The translations under genes and the position numbers were made by a program. Below, piece by piece: positions 1-8,793 of a DNA stretch of 64,000 nucleotides. A model generated the notes under the pieces. It saw only the letters and a program-made list of their open reading frames with translations. It ran no database searches and was not told where the DNA came from. Numbering within the stretch: the stretch's first letter is position 1; each line of letters starts with the position of its first letter. Source of the DNA: Desulfuromonadaceae bacterium (GTDB lineage: Bacteria; Desulfobacterota; Desulfuromonadia; Desulfuromonadales; Desulfuromonadaceae); the NCBI GenBank assembly GCA_046482505.1, contig JAWOFA010000034.1:2791-66790 (forward strand), written 5' to 3'.

Positions 1-195
1 TTACTCCAAAACGACGCTAACCCCGAAGCTATTGCTGCAGAAATTGAGCGACTTATTGACGACACCGACTATCGTAATTCCATGCTTGCAGAATTGGCTG
101 AGATTCGCTCCCGGATGGGCACGCCTGGATGTGCTGAAAGGGTAGCTCGGATGGTGCTGGAATTGTGTCAGAAGGGTGATTTTGAAAAAAGATAA
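1..195 (+). CDS. lpxB: lipid-A-disaccharide synthase, C-terminal fragment (5' end outside window)
   Basis: Frame-1 ORF open at the window edge, stop TAA 193-195. The tail LLQNDANPEAIAAEIERLIDD...AERVARMVLELCQKG resembles LpxB C-termini. It lies directly upstream of msbA/waaA/lpxK. Confidence 0.55.
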   Translation, partial: LLQNDANPEAIAAEIERLIDDTDYRNSMLAELAEIRSRMGTPGCAERVARMVLELCQKGDFEKR

Positions 196-1921
196 TCTGG
201 TTGTTTATAAACGTTTACTGAGTTACTCACGTCCTTATCTTAGTCGGATCATTATAGCGATGATCGCCTCCGTAGGGGTTGCAGCGAGTGATGTAGCCGT
301 AGCAAAGCTAATTCAGCCCCTGGTTGATCATGTGCTTGCCCCTGGCGGAGAGGCGCTGATTAATCTGGTTCCTTTTATTGTAATAGGAATTGCTCTGCTC
401 AAAGGCAGCTCGCGCTATGTACAGGAGTACTTTATTAAAACCGCCGGTCAGCTGGTGGTACAGGATTTGCGCAACGATTTGTATAAGCACACCTTACGCC
501 TCTCAATGGGGTTTTACTCCAAGGTACAATCCGGTACTGTAGTATCGCGTATTATTAACGACGTAGCTACGCTCCAGAAGTCTGCTGCTGATGAGCTTGT
601 AGCCCTAGTGCGTGAAGGACTAACCCTGATCGGGTTGGTGGCACTGCTCTTTTATAATGACTGGCGTCTTGCTCTGGTTGCATTTATTGTCCTACCTATA
701 GCTATTGTGCCGGCGACTCACATAGGTCGCCGGATTAAGCGTTATGTACATAAAAGCCTTTCCAATATCGGTAACCTGACAGGGATTTTACAGGAGGCCT
801 TTGGTGGAATAAAAGTAGTGAAGGCATTCGGAAACGAGGAAAAGGAAAAAGAGCGATTTGAAGCAGAAAACTATAACTACTATCGCCGAATAGCCAAGGT
901 TATTCGCTACGATTCAGCCAGTGCTCCTATCATAGAACTGTTGTCTTCCCTGGGAGCCGCCGGTGTGCTTTGGTATGGGCTTAATCGCGTCATGCAGGGG
1001 CATATAACTGAAGGGGAGCTGCTCTCGTTTATAACTGCCATGGGGATGATGTACGGTCCCTTGAAGCGCTTGGTGAAAACTAACAACGTAATTCAAAAGG
1101 CAATAGGCGCTGCGGAGCGTGTATTCAGTATGATGGATACACCTGTTGATCTTGATGATGTTCCTAACGCCCCTGAACTTGGGAAAGTAAAAGGACATGT
1201 GGTTTTCGACCATGTGGATTTTGGCTACGACCCTGATGAGTTGGTTCTGCACGATTTTAACCTCGAAGTGAAGCCCGGCACCACCGTAGCCTTGGTTGGG
1301 GCGAGCGGGGCGGGGAAATCAACAGTTATTGGTCTACTCGCGCGTTTTTACGATCCTCTGCGCGGGCGCATTGCCATTGATGGTATTGACATAGCCAAGG
1401 TAAGCCAAAAAAGCTTAAAACAGCAGATCGCCCTGGTAGATCAGGAGATCTTTTTATTTCATGATACCATTGCCAACAATATACGCTATGCGCGTCCGGA
1501 GGCGAGTGACACAGAGGTGGTACGTGCTGCACAGCAGGCTTTTGCGGATGACTTCATAGCGCAGATGCCGCAGGGGTTTGAAACTATTATCGGTGATCGG
1601 GGTGTACGTCTTTCCGGCGGGCAGCGCCAACGCATTTGTATTGCGCGCGCAATTTTGCGCGATGCTTCCATACTTCTGTTGGACGAAGCTACCAGTGCGT
1701 TGGATACTCAGAGCGAAGCAGTGGTGCAGAATGCACTGGAAAACCTTATGCAGGGACGTACTACTTTTGTTATTGCCCACCGCCTATCTACCGTGATGCA
1801 TGCAGATGAAATCCTAGTTATGCAGCACGGCAGGGTAGTAGAGCGCGGTTACCATGAAGAACTGTTAGCCCGTGGCGGGCATTATTTCGACCTGCATCAG
1901 ACCCAGTTCAAAGGGCAGTAA
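176..1921 (+). CDS. msbA: lipid A export ABC transporter ATP-binding/permease MsbA
   Basis: 581-aa ORF with a 6-TM exporter domain followed by Walker A GASGAGKST, ABC signature LSGGQRQR and Walker B ILLLDEATSALD. It lies within the lipid A cluster. The GTG start overlaps the lpxB stop. Confidence 0.9.
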   Translation: MILKKDNLVVYKRLLSYSRPYLSRIIIAMIASVGVAASDVAVAKLIQPLVDHVLAPGGEALINLVPFIVIGIALLKGSSRYVQEYFIKTAGQLVVQDLRNDLYKHTLRLSMGFYSKVQSGTVVSRIINDVATLQKSAADELVALVREGLTLIGLVALLFYNDWRLALVAFIVLPIAIVPATHIGRRIKRYVHKSLSNIGNLTGILQEAFGGIKVVKAFGNEEKEKERFEAENYNYYRRIAKVIRYDSASAPIIELLSSLGAAGVLWYGLNRVMQGHITEGELLSFITAMGMMYGPLKRLVKTNNVIQKAIGAAERVFSMMDTPVDLDDVPNAPELGKVKGHVVFDHVDFGYDPDELVLHDFNLEVKPGTTVALVGASGAGKSTVIGLLARFYDPLRGRIAIDGIDIAKVSQKSLKQQIALVDQEIFLFHDTIANNIRYARPEASDTEVVRAAQQAFADDFIAQMPQGFETIIGDRGVRLSGGQRQRICIARAILRDASILLLDEATSALDTQSEAVVQNALENLMQGRTTFVIAHRLSTVMHADEILVMQHGRVVERGYHEELLARGGHYFDLHQTQFKGQ

Positions 1922-1935
1922 GTTTAGCAATAGAT

Positions 1936-2601
1936 ATGAAAAGAATACAGGAATTCCTCCTCATCCACCTTGCTCCACCCCTTGCAGTTGTGTGTATTCA
2001 CTTGATCTATATGTGCTCGCGCAAAGAGATCGTAGTGGATCATGAGGTTGAGAATATGTGGGCACGGGAGGAAAAGATGATACTATCCATCTGGCACGAT
2101 CAACTGCTCCTGATGGCGAAAGCGTATACATATAAAGCACAGATACTCATCAGTTCATCGCGAGATGGAGAATTGATTGCACGTGCTATGGCATATATGG
2201 GGCAAAAAGCCGTGCGTGGGTCCTCAAGCCGGGGTGGTAGCACTGCATTTAAGCAAATGTTGCGCCTGGCACGCGAACCCTACGATCTGGTGATTACCCC
2301 GGACGGACCGCGTGGCCCTCGCCACGAAATTAAAGAGGGGGTAGTCCACCTGGCACGTTTGAGCAAGCGCGCAGTTGTCCCTATGACCATGGCATGTAGC
2401 CGGGGGCATCGCTTTGCCTCCTGGGATCGCTTTTTATTGCCGTATCCCTTTGGGCGTCTAGTGTTTGTGTATGGTAAGCCCCTGTATTTCTTTAAAGATG
2501 AAAGCGCAGAAGATTTTCACCACCGCCTGAGCGAAGCCATGGATAGGTGTGCAGAACAGGCTCGAGACAAACTGGAGACACATGGTTTATCTGCTGTATG
2601 A
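1936..2601 (+). CDS. DUF374 domain protein (lysophospholipid-acyltransferase-like, uncharacterised)
   Basis: 221 aa containing WHDQLLLM, SSSRDGELIA, VRGSSSRGG and ITPDGPRGP strings typical of DUF374 proteins. Located between msbA and waaA, overlapping the waaA start. Confidence 0.7.
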   Translation: MKRIQEFLLIHLAPPLAVVCIHLIYMCSRKEIVVDHEVENMWAREEKMILSIWHDQLLLMAKAYTYKAQILISSSRDGELIARAMAYMGQKAVRGSSSRGGSTAFKQMLRLAREPYDLVITPDGPRGPRHEIKEGVVHLARLSKRAVVPMTMACSRGHRFASWDRFLLPYPFGRLVFVYGKPLYFFKDESAEDFHHRLSEAMDRCAEQARDKLETHGLSAV

Positions 2602-3871
2602 TATTGTGCTGTTGCTGGGTATGGTGGTTCTGATCCCCTGGTATCTGGTGCGGGGGTGTATACGGGGTAAAATGCGCCAGGGCTTGCGTGAACGTCTTGG
2701 TTTTATTTCTTCCTCCGAACTGGAAACGATTAAAGGGCGCCGGGTGATCTGGATTCACGCCGTATCGGTGGGGGAAACCCGCGCAGCCATTCCCCTGATC
2801 AAGGGGCTGCGCCGTACCTATCCTGATGCTGCTCTGGTGCTTTCAAATGTCACTGAAACCGGACGGGAAATCGCAGAATCCATCCCTGAGATTGATCTAC
2901 GCATTTATTTTCCGGTGGATTTTTCCCTTACGGTGGCGCGGGCGTTGGATACAATTAAACCGGCACTGGTGTTGATCGTCGAAACTGAGCTGTGGCCTCA
3001 GTTTGTCCGCAAGTGCAAACAGCGTGCGATTCCGGTGATGCTGGTCAACGGGCGCATCTCCGATCGCTCCTTCCCGCGCTATAGAAGGGTGGGTGCGCTG
3101 GTGCTCCCGGTTTTGCGGCAGATATCCTCGTTTTGCATGCAGTCCCAGCAGGATGCAAGTAGGATTGAGGCCCTTGGAGCTGACCCCGAACATATCCATG
3201 TTAGCGGAAATGTGAAGTTTGATCAGGGGGAGATAAGCTGTTCCAGCGCTGATGTTGCAGCATTGCGCGCTAAGTTTGCCCTCCCGGCGCAGACAAAGAT
3301 CTGGGTGGCGGGGAGCACCCATCAGGGTGAAGATGAAATTGTCATTCGCATCTACCGGAAGCTGCTGTATGTTTTTCCTGATTTGATTCTCATACTGGTA
3401 CCGCGACATCCTCATCGCTGTCGTCAGATCGGTGAATTGCTCACACAGGAGAATATGGAGTGGCGTCTGCGCTCGAGTCAGAGTGAAACTCAGCTCCGGC
3501 ACGGCGATGTGTTGCTGGTTGATACCCTGGGAGAGATGGTGGAGTTTTATACCATTGCGGATGTGGTTTTTGTGGGCGGGAGCCTGGTCCCGGTGGGTGG
3601 ACACAATATCCTCGAAGCTTCCATGGTGAATAAACCGGTACTCTTTGGTCCCCACATGCAGAACTTTAAAGAGATAGCCCAGTACATCATTAGCGCCCAG
3701 GGATTCGGCAAAGTTGCTGGTGAAGCTGAGCTGGAGCAATTACTTACCCGCCTGCTGCACAACCCCGAGGCGGCACACGCCGCCGGATTGAGTGGATCGG
3801 CGATATTGCAACAGCATGCCGGCGCTACCGCACACACGCTTGCGGTGGCACGTGAGCTGTTGGAGCCCTGA
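2582..3871 (+). CDS. waaA: 3-deoxy-D-manno-octulosonic acid (Kdo) transferase
   Basis: ORF 2549-3871; start chosen at ATG 2582 (MVYLLYDIVLLLG membrane anchor). WIHAVSVGE and ETELWP motifs of Kdo transferases and a C-terminal GT-B fold (GGSLVPVGGHNILE). Confidence 0.9.
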   Translation: MVYLLYDIVLLLGMVVLIPWYLVRGCIRGKMRQGLRERLGFISSSELETIKGRRVIWIHAVSVGETRAAIPLIKGLRRTYPDAALVLSNVTETGREIAESIPEIDLRIYFPVDFSLTVARALDTIKPALVLIVETELWPQFVRKCKQRAIPVMLVNGRISDRSFPRYRRVGALVLPVLRQISSFCMQSQQDASRIEALGADPEHIHVSGNVKFDQGEISCSSADVAALRAKFALPAQTKIWVAGSTHQGEDEIVIRIYRKLLYVFPDLILILVPRHPHRCRQIGELLTQENMEWRLRSSQSETQLRHGDVLLVDTLGEMVEFYTIADVVFVGGSLVPVGGHNILEASMVNKPVLFGPHMQNFKEIAQYIISAQGFGKVAGEAELEQLLTRLLHNPEAAHAAGLSGSAILQQHAGATAHTLAVARELLEP

Positions 3872-3872
3872 A

Positions 3873-4988
3873 ATGCGTGAACAGATGGCGCTTTACTATC
3901 GCCGCCTGGCATTGGACGGGTGTTGTTACTGGTACGACTACCTCTTGATGCTCGTTCTCATTCCGTGTGGATACATCTACGGAGTTATCGGGCAGATCAG
4001 GGTATGGATGTATCGACGTGGAATTTTGCCAACCTATCGAGCACATGTACCGGTAATTTGTGTGGGTAACCTGGTTGTGGGGGGCACGGGGAAGACCCCG
4101 GTGGTGAGTTGGGTCCTCGATTTTCTCCATCAACATGGGTATCGCACCGTAGTTATCAGTCGCGGTTATGCCTCATCTCCCGCGACGGGAGAAGGTGTAA
4201 GAGCGCGCAAGGTTGAGGTCGAGAGGGCAGGCGGACATGCACATGCCGCAAGGGAGTATGGCGATGAACCTGTACTCCTTGCGTTACGCCATCCGCAAGC
4301 CAGCGTGGTGGTGGCACCGAAGCGCGCCGATGGCGTGCGCTATATTAAGGACCACCACGATGTTGATGTTATTCTCCTGGATGATGCGTTCCAGCACCTT
4401 GCGTTGGAGCGCAACCTTGATCTGGTTCTGCTCGATGCGCGCAAACCTCTGGGCAACGGGCGTGTCATGCCCGCTGGACTGATGCGTGAACGCCGCAGTG
4501 CTCTGCAGCGTGCGGATATGCTCCTGCTGACGCGCTACAGCTCCGATACAGATATCCCTGAGGTGCATCCAAAGTCTGCGGTGCACAAACCGACAGTGCG
4601 TGTGGCATATCGTCTCGCACCCTATGCCATTGATCTAAATGGAACCAGAGTATCATTAGATGATCTGTCGCGCTTCAGCCTCGGGGCATTTGCCGGGATT
4701 GCTGATCCGGAGGATTTTTTTGCATCCCTGCACAGATATGGTATACATCCACTCTCCGCGCTTCCCCTCGCAGATCATGCGCCATATACAGCGGAGAGGG
4801 TAGCGCATATTCTGACCCGCTTTGAGGGAGTGGAGGCGCTGATCACCACGGAAAAAGATGCAGTAAAGCTTGATCCGGAGTTGTTTCCGCTGCCATGCTA
4901 CTATGTGCCATTGGAAATCGAGCCGGTAGAAGAGGAAAGGCTGAAACAGGCTCTTTTGACCTCTCTGACTGTGCAGAATATTCACTAG
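3873..4988 (+). CDS. lpxK: tetraacyldisaccharide 4'-kinase
   Basis: ORF 3792-4988; start chosen at ATG 3873, just after the waaA stop. P-loop GNLVVGGTGKTP and ILLDDAFQH motif. Confidence 0.9.
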   Translation: MREQMALYYRRLALDGCCYWYDYLLMLVLIPCGYIYGVIGQIRVWMYRRGILPTYRAHVPVICVGNLVVGGTGKTPVVSWVLDFLHQHGYRTVVISRGYASSPATGEGVRARKVEVERAGGHAHAAREYGDEPVLLALRHPQASVVVAPKRADGVRYIKDHHDVDVILLDDAFQHLALERNLDLVLLDARKPLGNGRVMPAGLMRERRSALQRADMLLLTRYSSDTDIPEVHPKSAVHKPTVRVAYRLAPYAIDLNGTRVSLDDLSRFSLGAFAGIADPEDFFASLHRYGIHPLSALPLADHAPYTAERVAHILTRFEGVEALITTEKDAVKLDPELFPLPCYYVPLEIEPVEEERLKQALLTSLTVQNIH

Positions 4989-5009
4989 TTGCCCCTGGAG
5001 TGAAAATAT

Positions 5010-5210
5010 ATGCAACAAAATGTAGATCAGGATACCGTGAACGGCATGACCGTGCCTATGGATCTGATGGTATGCCCCAAGTGCAGAGGAGCACTCGAAG
5101 CTCGAGAGATTGAAGCAAAACCCCACCTGAGTTGCGCAGCATGTAAGCTCGCATATCCGGTAAGGGATGGTATCCCTCTGATGTTGCAGGATGAAGCGGT
5201 AAAACTCTAA
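5010..5210 (+). CDS. Trm112/UPF0434 (YcaR) family zinc-ribbon protein
   Basis: 66-aa ORF with CPKC...CAAC and a YPVRDGIPLML tail. Same position after lpxK as ycaR in enterobacteria. The true start may be an internal ATG (5046 or 5058). Confidence 0.8.
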   Translation: MQQNVDQDTVNGMTVPMDLMVCPKCRGALEAREIEAKPHLSCAACKLAYPVRDGIPLMLQDEAVKL

Positions 5211-6256
5211 TGCCTGGAGAGAAGCTACATAGCGCAAACAAGATTCTGGTACGCGGGACTAACTGGATCGGAGATGCGGTCATGACTACGCCGGCGCTGA
5301 TGGCCTTGCGTGCCGGGTGCCCGGATGCAGAAATTGTGTTGCTCACCAACCCACTGGTAGCGCCTCTGTTTAAGCACCATCCCGCGGTAGACCGGGTGCT
5401 GGTATACGCACGTAAAGGAAAACATCGGGGGCTACGCGGGTTTTACCGCATGGTGCGCGAGCTCCGCCGGGAAAACTTTGATGCGGCACTGCTGTTGCAA
5501 AATGCCATAGAAGCGGCATTGCTCACATTTGCTGCCCGCATCCCGTATCGCGCCGGATATCCAACCGATGTACGGCGGCTGCTCCTGAGCGATCCGGTGA
5601 ACCTGAATCCGGGGGACAAAACACTTCACCATACCGAGTACTATCTTACTCTGCTACGCCGGTTGGGCTTTGCCACCCCGCAGACAAGCCTGTGCCTCCA
5701 CGTTACTCCAGCGGAACTGGACTGGGCTCGAACCACGCTGGAGAGCAACAATGTAATTGCGTTGAACCCGGGGGCAGCCTATGGTTCGGCGAAACGCTGG
5801 TTTCCCGAGCGCTTTGCTGCGGTGGCAGATACCCTGGCACAGCGTTACGGCGCCACCATTCTCCTTACCGGAGGCCCGGGAGAGCGTGAAATAGGGGAAG
5901 AAATAGGTGCATTTATGCAGAGTGACTCCATCAATATGGTGGGGAAAACCGATGTACGTCAGATGATGGCACTGCTTGCCTCCAGCCGCCTGCTTATCAC
6001 TAATGACTCTGGCCCCATGCATGTAGCTGCAGCCTTTGACGTTCCCATTGTGGCGGTGTTTGGTCCAACAGATCACACCACCACCTCACCTGCATCGGAA
6101 ACGGTCGAAATTGTGCGTAAGGAGGTGGATTGTGCGCCGTGCCTGTTGCGCCAGTGCCCTACGGATCATCGCTGCATGAAAAATATCACCCCTGATGATG
6201 TCATTGCAGCGGCCATTAAACTGCTGGAAAAAGTAGATGAAGATTCTGATCGTTAA
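5210..6256 (+). CDS. waaF: ADP-heptose--LPS heptosyltransferase II (GT9)
   Basis: 348 aa with N-terminus ILVRGTNWIGDAVMTTPAL and NDSGPMHVAAA motif. The ATG overlaps the previous stop (TAATG). Confidence 0.8.
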   Translation: MPGEKLHSANKILVRGTNWIGDAVMTTPALMALRAGCPDAEIVLLTNPLVAPLFKHHPAVDRVLVYARKGKHRGLRGFYRMVRELRRENFDAALLLQNAIEAALLTFAARIPYRAGYPTDVRRLLLSDPVNLNPGDKTLHHTEYYLTLLRRLGFATPQTSLCLHVTPAELDWARTTLESNNVIALNPGAAYGSAKRWFPERFAAVADTLAQRYGATILLTGGPGEREIGEEIGAFMQSDSINMVGKTDVRQMMALLASSRLLITNDSGPMHVAAAFDVPIVAVFGPTDHTTTSPASETVEIVRKEVDCAPCLLRQCPTDHRCMKNITPDDVIAAAIKLLEKVDEDSDR

Positions 6257-7274
6257 AGTCAGTGCCCTGGGTGATGTTATTCATGCGCTGCCGGTGCTCA
6301 GCTATATTAAGCAACTCCACCCCGATGCGCATATCGACTGGCTGATAGAAGATAATTTTGCTCCGATCCTTGAGAACCATCCTCTGCTGCATCGGATTAT
6401 ACGTGTAAATACACGCCAATGGCGTAATATGTCGCTCGTAGCCATGGCAAAGCAGATCCGTGAATTTGTGAAAAATTTGCGCCGCGAGCGCTATGATTTT
6501 GTGTTTGATCTGCAGGGCAACAGCAAAAGTGCCCTGTTTACCCTGGTGAGCAGGGGAGGGAACAAGTACGGCTTTTCCCGCCGCGAAGTGCGTGAATGGC
6601 CCAATGTGCTCGCGACCCGATATCGGATTCAACCAGGCGCACATGAGCAACATGTCGCTCGGCGGGCCCTCGCGGTGGTGCGCGCGGCTCTCCCTGGAGG
6701 GGACGAAGTATCACTGTGTGGGCCACTGCATATAGCGGATCAACACACACAGGAGATTGAGCGGTATATAGATCAGTTCGCTCTGGATAAATGCAGCATA
6801 ATTGTCCTCCACTATGGCACCACCTGGGATACCAAGTTATGGCATCTGTCTATGTGGAAGCAGCTGGCGGCAAAATTGGTTCAGTGCTCCCAAACCGCTA
6901 TAATCCTGACGTGGGGGAGCCCTGACGAACTCCATGCGGCCGAGCAGATCCGTGCCAGCGTAGATGGCGCAGCGCTTATCTGGCCTCGCGTCTCTTTGCC
7001 TGAATTGGCCGCGTTACTTGCGCGGGCCGATCTTGTGGTGGGATGCGATACCGGGCCAGTGCATATAGCCGCCGCAACCGGGACGCCCACCGTGTCAATG
7101 TATCGTGCTACGGACGCACTGCGCAACGGGCCTGAAGGAGAGAAGCACATTCGCCTGCAGACCCCTATGCCATGTGCTAAATGTCTGCGGAAACAGTGTG
7201 AATACGATGCCCAGTGCTCTACTTCCATTCGGGTTGCGGATGTACTGGATGCTATAGAAAAAACTATAGATTGA
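6237..7274 (+). CDS. waaC: ADP-heptose--LPS heptosyltransferase I (GT9)
   Basis: 345 aa with N-terminus MKILIVKVSALGDVIHALP and CDTGPVHIAAA motif. It overlaps waaF by 20 nt. The I versus II assignment rests on sequence pattern only. Confidence 0.75.
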   Translation: MKILIVKVSALGDVIHALPVLSYIKQLHPDAHIDWLIEDNFAPILENHPLLHRIIRVNTRQWRNMSLVAMAKQIREFVKNLRRERYDFVFDLQGNSKSALFTLVSRGGNKYGFSRREVREWPNVLATRYRIQPGAHEQHVARRALAVVRAALPGGDEVSLCGPLHIADQHTQEIERYIDQFALDKCSIIVLHYGTTWDTKLWHLSMWKQLAAKLVQCSQTAIILTWGSPDELHAAEQIRASVDGAALIWPRVSLPELAALLARADLVVGCDTGPVHIAAATGTPTVSMYRATDALRNGPEGEKHIRLQTPMPCAKCLRKQCEYDAQCSTSIRVADVLDAIEKTID

Positions 7275-7291
7275 GTGAAAGGAAACATGTT

Positions 7292-7876
7292 GTGCAATCT
7301 TGCATAGAGGACCACATTCAACGGCATATAGAGGTGTTTGAAAAAGTTTTTCTTCCCATGGCTCCTCAGCTAGAAGAGTGCGCCGCACTGTTGTGTTCCT
7401 GTTTCAGAGCTGGTAACAAGGTTCTGGTGATGGGCAATGGTGGGTCGGCAGCAGATTCGCAGCACTTAGCAGCTGAGTTAGTCGGGCGTTTCATGTTAAA
7501 TCGAGCCGCTTTGCCAGCCATATCTCTTGCTACTGACACCTCGATTCTTACGGCTATTGCAAATGATTTTGGCTATGATGAAGTCTTTAAACGACAGGTA
7601 GAGGCACTAGCCAACCCCGGTGACGTGGTGATAGGGATATCTACTAGCGGAAACTCTTCTAATGTAGTTGCGGCCCTAGATGTAGCGCGCCAAGAGGACT
7701 GTAAAATAGTGACCCTTAGTGGCAGGGACGGGGGCAGAATGGCTGCCTACGCAGATCTGAACCTCAATGTTGCAGTGAATGAGACGCCGCGCATTCAGGA
7801 AGTACACCTGAGCATAATACATATTCTGTGTGATCTGGTGGAACAGAAGCTGTTTCCGGAGCAGGAGGGCCCTTGA
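7292..7876 (+). CDS. gmhA: D-sedoheptulose 7-phosphate isomerase
   Basis: SIS domain with GNGGSAADSQHLAAEL and GISTSGNSSNV. The ORF opens at 7214; GTG 7292 was chosen because it gives a GmhA-like N-terminal length (TTG 7271 is an alternative). Confidence 0.88.
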   Translation: MQSCIEDHIQRHIEVFEKVFLPMAPQLEECAALLCSCFRAGNKVLVMGNGGSAADSQHLAAELVGRFMLNRAALPAISLATDTSILTAIANDFGYDEVFKRQVEALANPGDVVIGISTSGNSSNVVAALDVARQEDCKIVTLSGRDGGRMAAYADLNLNVAVNETPRIQEVHLSIIHILCDLVEQKLFPEQEGP

Positions 7877-8709
7877 AGCTTACGGCCTCTGATGTATTGA
7901 TCATTCCGCAGGAGTGGAAGGATGCCAAGGGTGATGTTGACTGGTTTGACAAGATACTATCCCTACAAGGGGATGAATATCGCAACATGGACGGGCGCCG
8001 TACACTGCGCTTTGACATGCTGGGGCAGAGCTATTTTGTTAAGATGTATACCGGTTTGGGTTGGAATCGCATCTGCAAAAGCTTGTTACGCTTCAAGACC
8101 CCGCCTGTGCTTTCGGCATATAACGAGTGGCTAGCTATTAAAATTTTAACCGGTCTTGGCATAGATACGATGAATACAGTGGCGTACGGCGAACGCGGGC
8201 GTACCCCCGCCACACGTCAGTCTTTTCTCGTCACTGATGATCTGAATCCTGCTCAGAGTTTAGAGGATGTTTGCTGTGACTGGCGCGATAATCCCCCCCC
8301 TGTAGCGTTTAAACGTGCGTTGCTCCAGCGCATTGCAGAGATTACCAGCAAGATGCACTTGCATGGGATAAATCATCGTGATTACTATATATGCCATTTT
8401 CTCCTCGACACCTCCAATGGGGACGTTATCACAAATGCGGATAAGTTACGCGTATTCCTTATTGATCTGCATCGGGTTCAGTTCCGCAAACAGGTACCGC
8501 GGCGTTGGCAGATAAAGGATATCGCCTCACTCTATTTTTCTGCTCTTGATATTGGATTAACCAGACGCGACTGTCTACGCTTTATCCGTATTTACACCTC
8601 AGAGCCACTACGAGTAAGTTTAGTCCGGGATAAGTGCCTATGGCGTCAGGTTGAAAAGCGCAGCGGTAAACTGTATAAGCGCTACGAGCGTAAGTACAGG
8701 AATACTTGA
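7873..8709 (+). CDS. lipopolysaccharide core kinase (RfaP/WaaP / Kdo-kinase family)
   Basis: 278 aa with catalytic loop HGINHRDYYICHFLLD and FLIDLHR, typical of LPS kinase family proteins. The TTG start overlaps the gmhA stop (TTGA). Confidence 0.72.
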   Translation: MKLTASDVLIIPQEWKDAKGDVDWFDKILSLQGDEYRNMDGRRTLRFDMLGQSYFVKMYTGLGWNRICKSLLRFKTPPVLSAYNEWLAIKILTGLGIDTMNTVAYGERGRTPATRQSFLVTDDLNPAQSLEDVCCDWRDNPPPVAFKRALLQRIAEITSKMHLHGINHRDYYICHFLLDTSNGDVITNADKLRVFLIDLHRVQFRKQVPRRWQIKDIASLYFSALDIGLTRRDCLRFIRIYTSEPLRVSLVRDKCLWRQVEKRSGKLYKRYERKYRNT

Positions 8710-8793
8710 TTTTTAAGAACATTGGTTTGGCGTTCTTCCTTTTTAATTATTTGCCGAGGCTCAGTATGACAGGGCTATGTTACAGGTAAAATT

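Noticed and set aside
2897-3739. 280-aa minus-strand ORF inside waaA
   Set aside because: It lies entirely antisense to a well-supported Kdo transferase gene. The translation is low-complexity and His/Arg-rich with no recognisable motif. This is a typical shadow ORF.
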